Notes under the pieces: generated by a model | Database searches by the model: none | The model's input: the letters and a program-made list of their open reading frames with translations, nothing else | Told to the model about the DNA's origin: nothing | From: an uncultured delta proteobacterium | GTDB lineage: Bacteria > Desulfobacterota > Binatia > Binatales > Binataceae | Assembly (NCBI GenBank): GCA_963808235.1 | Contig: CAWEEQ010000004.1 | Span: forward strand, 1,152,001-1,216,000 | Direction of reading: 5' to 3' | DNA: 64,000 bases | Program-made: the position numbers and the translations under genes | Part shown: piece by piece, positions 58,673-64,000 of the stretch | Position numbering within the stretch: the first letter of the stretch is position 1 | How the letters are laid out: the number at the start of each line of letters is the position of its first letter

Positions 58673-59911
58673 TCATTCTTCCATCTGGACGCGGGTGGTG
58701 CCGTGCAGGAACGGATCGAATCGGCGGACGAGAAAGCTGCTCAGGAAAAGTTTCGCGAACGCGATTGTCGGTGCGCTGGTGACAATCCGACTGGCGAGTG
58801 AGTTAGACGCCGCGAAGCGCGGGCCGACTTGCTGCAGATCCTGGATCGTCACTATCTCGGGCCATCGCTCGGCCTGAATATTGCGCGCGGCAAAATCGAG
58901 CGTGGCGGCGTCGGAGCGCATCGCGAGTGCGCGTCCGAGACGGTTGCCCGCGACGATCGCGTCACGCAGTGCGACGTTGATTCCCTGTCCGCCGACCGGC
59001 GACATCGGATGCGCCGCGTCGCCGATGAGGAGCAAGCCAGGCGCGGTCCATTCGCGCAGCCGTTCGCATATGACGTCGAGCAGAAAAGGATGGGTGAGAG
59101 CACCGCGATTTGCCGCGAAGAATTGCCGCAAGTCATCCGACACATGCGGCGTCATCTCGGAGAGCCAACCGTCGGCGCCCATTTTGCGGAGATCGCCGAA
59201 AGTGCCCTTGTCGATTATCCAACCGAACTGCATGTGACCTTCGGGCGAGGGATAGATGATGAGCAGGTGGCCGCTCCCGAGGTAGGCGCGACCGATGCGC
59301 CCGTCGAGAAAATAACCGGGGACGTGGCCCCACATGACGTCGAAGCCCTGCATGATCCGGTCTTGCTGGAACGCGGCGCGCTTACGAATGACCGACGCGC
59401 GTCCGTCGCATGCGATAACGAAGTCGGCGCGAAAATCGCGCGGACCGGCGGCGGTATCGGCGCGGACTCCGACCACGCGATTATTTTCCTCGATCAGATC
59501 GCGCACCGTGGTTCCGCGCTCGAGCGTGAAGCCGGGAAATTTGGCCGCCTCGGCGACGATCATTTCGAGCATTGCGGGCTGCGGCACGACCAGCGGCTGC
59601 GGGTCGAGATTCGCGATCGGAATCGAGATCAGCCGCCGCTCGCCGCGAAAAATCTCCACTGTCTCAAGCGACCGATGAGGCAGGGCGTCGAACTGGCGGC
59701 GAAGTCCGGCCTCCTGGAGCGCGGCGATTCCCGACGGCATCAGCACTTCGCCGCGGAACTCGCGCGAGAAATCGCTCTGTCGTTCGAGCAGGGTGACAGA
59801 GACGCCGCGCCGTGCGAGCAGGTAGGCGAGGGTGGCGCCCGCCGGTCCGGCGCCTACGACGATGGCGCGCGAGGTATGCGGATTGGCGATCGATGACTCG
59901 TCGTTGGGCAT
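58673..59911 (-). CDS. FAD-dependent monooxygenase/oxidoreductase (UbiH/PheA-like)
   Basis: GAGPAG, DF.REFRGE, ACDG..S, IGDAAHPMSPVGGQGIN. Confidence 0.9.
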   Translation of the reverse strand: MPNDESSIANPHTSRAIVVGAGPAGATLAYLLARRGVSVTLLERQSDFSREFRGEVLMPSGIAALQEAGLRRQFDALPHRSLETVEIFRGERRLISIPIANLDPQPLVVPQPAMLEMIVAEAAKFPGFTLERGTTVRDLIEENNRVVGVRADTAAGPRDFRADFVIACDGRASVIRKRAAFQQDRIMQGFDVMWGHVPGYFLDGRIGRAYLGSGHLLIIYPSPEGHMQFGWIIDKGTFGDLRKMGADGWLSEMTPHVSDDLRQFFAANRGALTHPFLLDVICERLREWTAPGLLLIGDAAHPMSPVGGQGINVALRDAIVAGNRLGRALAMRSDAATLDFAARNIQAERWPEIVTIQDLQQVGPRFAASNSLASRIVTSAPTIAFAKLFLSSFLVRRFDPFLHGTTRVQMEE

Positions 59912-61164
59912 CAAAGTTCTGCTTCCATATCTCGGCGGCGGTTCTCGCCGACGTAGGCGAGCGTGACGCCGATAATTCCGGCCGCCGGAATTGCTATTGC
60001 CGCTCCCGCAAATATTGCACGGGGAGCGAAAACCGCGAACAGCGGCGAAATCAACATGAGGCCGGTTGCATGGCCACCGCGATAGATCAACGAAATAACG
60101 CCCATGACTCGACCGAGCACGTCGTCGGCAATTCGCTCTTGCGCGGCGGAGGTCAGCAAGATCAATCCCGCGCTTTGTCCGAGCGCGGCGAGAAATGCGC
60201 CGGCCACGGCGAGCGGAAAGGAATGGCTCATCGCGAACAATCCGAACGCGGGCAGGTACAGCATCCAGGCCATCATGCTGGCCCGGGCTTTGTTCTTTGC
60301 CGGGTAGCGGGTGAGGATCGCGCCGGCGGTCACGGAGCCGATCGCATATCCCACCATCACGATTGAATAACCGCCCGCGCCGCGATGAAAAACGTCGCGC
60401 ACCAGTTCCGGCACGCCGGCGATCCAGGTGCCCGAGGAGATCGTTACCGAGACTCCAAGAGAGATCACTGCCGCCGCCAGTGTCGGTATCGGACGGATCG
60501 CGGCGAACGCCTCGCGAATCCTCGGCCTTTCGGTGTCGAGGCTGATGGCGCTTGCGTCGCGTCGGGCGATACCGCTGATGAGGGCGGCGGAGACGAAAAA
60601 GGAAATCGAGTTGAGCGCGAAGAACGCGCTGAGCGGAACGATTGCGAGCAGTCCTGCCGCCGCGGCCCATCCGCCGATCGATAGCGCGCTCGTCGTCGCG
60701 CCGATGAGGCCGTTGGCTTTCTGCACATTGCCGCGATCGACCAGCGCAGGCACGATCGCGTTGTAGGCGGGCACGAAATACGCGGTTGCGGTCTCGAGCA
60801 GGAAAGATGCAACCACCAATCCCCAAATCGGCAGTTGATTGGTGAGGCCGGCGATTGCGATCGGAATCAGAGTCAGTCCGCGTACAAGATCCGCGGAGAT
60901 CATCACGCGCTTTCGATCCCACCTGTCCGCCACGATCCCGCCGTGAAGGCCGAACACCAACGCCGGTACGCTGTCGGCCAGGCGCACGGCGACCACGCCG
61001 AGCGGCCCGCCTTTCTCCAGCGCGATCCACATCAGTGCGATGTAATGAAGTGCGTCGCCGAACTCGCTTGCTGCGACGGCGAAGAACACGCGGCGAAAAT
61101 CGCGCCGGCGGAGCAGCACCAACGGCCCCTGCGGCATCGGGTGATCGTCGCCCGTGGAAGGCAT
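59911..61164 (-). CDS. MFS transporter (MFS_3/DHA3-like)
   Basis: G.VADRWDRKRVMI.ADL.R motif A; 12 TM helices; LGRVMG. Confidence 0.9.
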   Translation of the reverse strand: MPSTGDDHPMPQGPLVLLRRRDFRRVFFAVAASEFGDALHYIALMWIALEKGGPLGVVAVRLADSVPALVFGLHGGIVADRWDRKRVMISADLVRGLTLIPIAIAGLTNQLPIWGLVVASFLLETATAYFVPAYNAIVPALVDRGNVQKANGLIGATTSALSIGGWAAAAGLLAIVPLSAFFALNSISFFVSAALISGIARRDASAISLDTERPRIREAFAAIRPIPTLAAAVISLGVSVTISSGTWIAGVPELVRDVFHRGAGGYSIVMVGYAIGSVTAGAILTRYPAKNKARASMMAWMLYLPAFGLFAMSHSFPLAVAGAFLAALGQSAGLILLTSAAQERIADDVLGRVMGVISLIYRGGHATGLMLISPLFAVFAPRAIFAGAAIAIPAAGIIGVTLAYVGENRRRDMEAEL

Positions 61165-61178
61165 TGAAGGGAGACGGA

Positions 61179-62189
61179 TTAGACTTCGCGGGAGGTTTGG
61201 TCGTCTATCAGAGTGGCGAGGCCGTCGCGGTAGGGAGTTGGTTTCAGGTCGTCGACGATTGCGCGGGCGATTGCTATTTGCTCGGCAGCCAGGCGTCGGG
61301 ACTCGGATACTATTTTCGGATCGCGGAGCAGGTCCAGCGCCCGTTTGAGGGTTGCGCCTTCCATTTTGGTTCCGTTTTGGAACAGCTTGCGTAGCTCGGG
61401 GATTCGTTCGACGCCTAGCACTACTGGAAGAGACGGAATACCGGCGCGCAGATCGGAGCCTACTGGTTTGCCGATTTTTTTTTCAGGGCCGAGGATGTCC
61501 AGCAGGTCGTCGACCATCTGGAACGCGAGGCCAATCGCGGTTCCGAGCTTAGCCATCGCGTCGATGGTCCTGCCTGACGCGCCGGCGAGATCCGACGCTA
61601 CCTTGCCGCCAGCGTAAAAGAGCGACGCAGTTTTTCGATTGATCACGGCTATGTAGTCTTTCAAGGTTGCGGCGGCGCTGTGGCGGAAGCGGGTTTCCAT
61701 CACTTCGCCTTCGGTGAGTTGGATGCATGCCTGCGCGGCAGTGCGGATCATTTGCTCTTCGAAGCCAGCGCACAGTTCGAACGCGCGGCAGAATAGATAG
61801 TCGCCGGCGATGAGCGACGGGCCGAAGCCGTAGCGCGCGAACGCGGACGGCTTGCCACGCCGGAGCAGGCCGCGGTCGATGATGTCGTCGTGCAGCAGGG
61901 TTGCCGAATGGATCAGTTCGAGCGCGATTGCTGCGTCGACGGCCATCTCGACTTTCGAATCGGCGCCGCCGCAAGCCCGATAGACGAGAAGAATGAAGGT
62001 CGGACGCAGCCGCTTACCACCCGCGTCGACGAGGTAGTGACAAATTTCCGCGATGATCGATTCGCTCGAGTCGAGCAGCCGTGACAACTTCACTTCGGCC
62101 GACGCTAGGTCGGCCTCGACCAGACGCGCCGGGCTAAGCGGCTCGGGCGAGGATGCGTCGGCGAGTTGGGTTGCTTTGGCTCTTTTCAC
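61179..62189 (-). CDS. polyprenyl diphosphate synthase (IspB/HepT-like)
   Basis: GGKRLRP, LLHDDIID...RRG, KTA, FQMVDDLLD. Confidence 0.93.
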   Translation of the reverse strand: MKRAKATQLADASSPEPLSPARLVEADLASAEVKLSRLLDSSESIIAEICHYLVDAGGKRLRPTFILLVYRACGGADSKVEMAVDAAIALELIHSATLLHDDIIDRGLLRRGKPSAFARYGFGPSLIAGDYLFCRAFELCAGFEEQMIRTAAQACIQLTEGEVMETRFRHSAAATLKDYIAVINRKTASLFYAGGKVASDLAGASGRTIDAMAKLGTAIGLAFQMVDDLLDILGPEKKIGKPVGSDLRAGIPSLPVVLGVERIPELRKLFQNGTKMEGATLKRALDLLRDPKIVSESRRLAAEQIAIARAIVDDLKPTPYRDGLATLIDDQTSREV

Positions 62190-62214
62190 TTTTTCAATAT
62201 TTCACAGTCGCAGG

Positions 62215-62967
62215 TTAGCGGAATAAATCGGCTTCGGCGGGCCGAATCAAAACCTTCGCGCTGCCTTCGTGGGGTTCGTACTTGTAGCCGCGCATTACGA
62301 CGGCTGGAGTTGCACCGGCTTTTTCCATGAGCAGGCCGGCGGCGGAGGCGATCTCGTCGGCGATGGCGACGACGGTGTGATGCAATTCGCGGCCGCCCAA
62401 GTCGGTGGTGCCGCGCAAATCGAGAATCGGATTCATTCCGGCGATTCCGAGACAGACTTCGGTCAGCCCGTCGCGCCATGGACGGCCGAACGTGTCGGTC
62501 ACCATCACGGCGACCGTGACGCCGAGGCGGCGGCGGATTTCGTCACGCATCTTGCGCGCGGACGCGTCGGGATCCTCGGGCAACAGGATGGCGCTGTCAG
62601 TTTCGAGGCTGTTGGATTCGTCGACGCCGGCGTTGGCGCAGACCCATCCGGGGCCCGTCTCGACGATAATCACGCCATGATCGTTGCGCACGATTCGGCT
62701 GGTCTGACGCAGTACGACTTCGACCGCGCGCGGATCTTTTTCCCATCGGGTCGCGAGATTTTTTGCGAATTCGGAGGGTTCGAAATCTCTCAAATCGACC
62801 ACGCGGCCCTCGGCCTTGGAGATTACCTTCTGGCAAACGACAAGGATATCGCCGGCTTCCAGACGCAAGCCGGTTTGTTCGATTCCGCGGATGATTAGCG
62901 CGGAGAGATCGTCGCCCGCCTTAATCATCGGGATGTGCTCAATCGCGGTGAGACTTATCGTGCGCAT
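62215..62967 (-). CDS. cofE: coenzyme F420-0:L-glutamate ligase
   Basis: GDDL, KVISKAEG, VCANAGVD.SN, LLP.DPD.SA, DTFGRPWR.G, IADE.A. Confidence 0.93.
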   Translation of the reverse strand: MRTISLTAIEHIPMIKAGDDLSALIIRGIEQTGLRLEAGDILVVCQKVISKAEGRVVDLRDFEPSEFAKNLATRWEKDPRAVEVVLRQTSRIVRNDHGVIIVETGPGWVCANAGVDESNSLETDSAILLPEDPDASARKMRDEIRRRLGVTVAVMVTDTFGRPWRDGLTEVCLGIAGMNPILDLRGTTDLGGRELHHTVVAIADEIASAAGLLMEKAGATPAVVMRGYKYEPHEGSAKVLIRPAEADLFR

Positions 62968-62983
62968 CGAAGCGAACAGCCTA

Positions 62984-63949
62984 CTATACCTTAAGCTCTC
63001 GCAGAACCACTTCGGCGAGGCGGGCGGCGCGCTCGGAAGTTGCCATGATGGTGTCAGTCGCGACCGCGCGCATCCCGAGGCGTTCGATCGGCTCGATGTA
63101 GCGGCGGTCGGCGTCGTCAAGAACGAACAGTCCCGCAATGTCGCGATAGAGGCGCGCGACACCGAGCGGCGAGACTTCCATCTTAAGTCCGCGGAGCATC
63201 TTGTCGGCGGGACCCTTGATTGTGCGGCCACCTACGATCGGGGTGATTGCGGCGACGCGTGATTTCTGACGCGCAAGAGCCTCGCGAACGCCGGCTAGTT
63301 GCAGTATCGGTCCGAGCGATACGAACGGGTTCGACGGCGCGAGAATGACGGCGGCTGATTTTCGGATCGCGTCGAGCACTGGGGGTGCGGGATGCGCGTC
63401 GCGAATTCCGCGCAGCTCGATTTTTTCGACGATGCCGCGGGCGCGGCCACGGACGAAATATTCCTGGAACGGAATCGCAACCTTGCCGCGCAGCTTCACG
63501 AAAGTGCGCACACGATCGTCGCTCATCGGCAAGATTCGCGAATGCACTGAGAACGCGCGCGCGACTTCCGCGGTGATCTGCGTCAGCGACGCACCCTGGC
63601 GCATCCGATCGGTGCGATATAGATGCGTTGCGAGATCGCGATCGCCAAGACCGAACCACGGCCTGCCGTAAAAACGCTCAAGGCTGGGTAATACGTTGAA
63701 CGATTCGCCGTCGAGGCCCCATCCTTGCGTGCGATTCACCACGCCGGCGAGAGTGTAGGTGACGGTGTCGATGTCCGGCGAGACGTGGAGCCCGTAAAAG
63801 GTTTCGTCGTCGCCGGTATTAACGACGACGGTCAACCTTTCGGGATCTACTCGGCGAGTCAGTCCGCGGATGAACTTAGCTGCACCCACTCCCCCCGCTA
63901 GCGTGGTGATCTGCTGCGTGAGGCGGGGACGCGATCGGCCGCGCTCCAT
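62984..63949 (-). CDS. cofD: 2-phospho-L-lactate/PEP transferase (F420 biosynthesis)
   Basis: LAGGVGAAKF, NTGDD, SPD.DTV.Y, LGDRDLATH, PFQEY, PSNP.VS..PIL, KGPADKM. Confidence 0.95.
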   Translation of the reverse strand: MERGRSRPRLTQQITTLAGGVGAAKFIRGLTRRVDPERLTVVVNTGDDETFYGLHVSPDIDTVTYTLAGVVNRTQGWGLDGESFNVLPSLERFYGRPWFGLGDRDLATHLYRTDRMRQGASLTQITAEVARAFSVHSRILPMSDDRVRTFVKLRGKVAIPFQEYFVRGRARGIVEKIELRGIRDAHPAPPVLDAIRKSAAVILAPSNPFVSLGPILQLAGVREALARQKSRVAAITPIVGGRTIKGPADKMLRGLKMEVSPLGVARLYRDIAGLFVLDDADRRYIEPIERLGMRAVATDTIMATSERAARLAEVVLRELKV

Positions 63950-64000
63950 TGGGTGCCTTTCTTCCGTAGAGCTTTTTGTAGAGCGTGGTGCGTTCGACGG

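Noticed and set aside
59912-61030. 785-aa version of the FAD monooxygenase
   Set aside because: The extension is an Arg-rich off-frame read of the MFS gene; the real start is 59911

Overview
GC-rich bacterial chromosomal window with no rRNA, tRNA, CRISPR array, transposase or integrase that I can see. Gene content and style suggest a soil 'deltaproteobacterial-like' lineage such as Binatota; this is inference only. From left to right: pgi; a combined caa3-type cytochrome c oxidase and Rieske/cytochrome b(c) operon interrupted by a chalcone-isomerase-fold gene; a Tad/Flp pilus locus with two tandem pilins (one missed by the ORF track), a sigma54 promoter and a nearby sensor-less sigma54 activator; xdhC-mocA; an ECF sigma/anti-sigma/LTxxQ operon; housekeeping and redox genes; an unannotated, highly structured ~240-nt RNA candidate divergent from glyA; glyA followed by a small variable patch containing a glyA-fragment fusion; an uncharacterised cluster (salicylate-type adenylating ligase, heme-oxygenase-like diiron protein, stand-alone PaaA-like diiron protein, TetR, BadH-like and other SDRs, F420-dependent LLM enzyme); an imuA-imuB-dnaE2 cassette; and cofD-cofE with a polyprenyl synthase. 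Five genes each appear broken by one extra base, most likely sequencing error. The best novelty candidates are the structured RNA (39910-40147) and the salicylate/diiron/F420 cluster (43668-51161).
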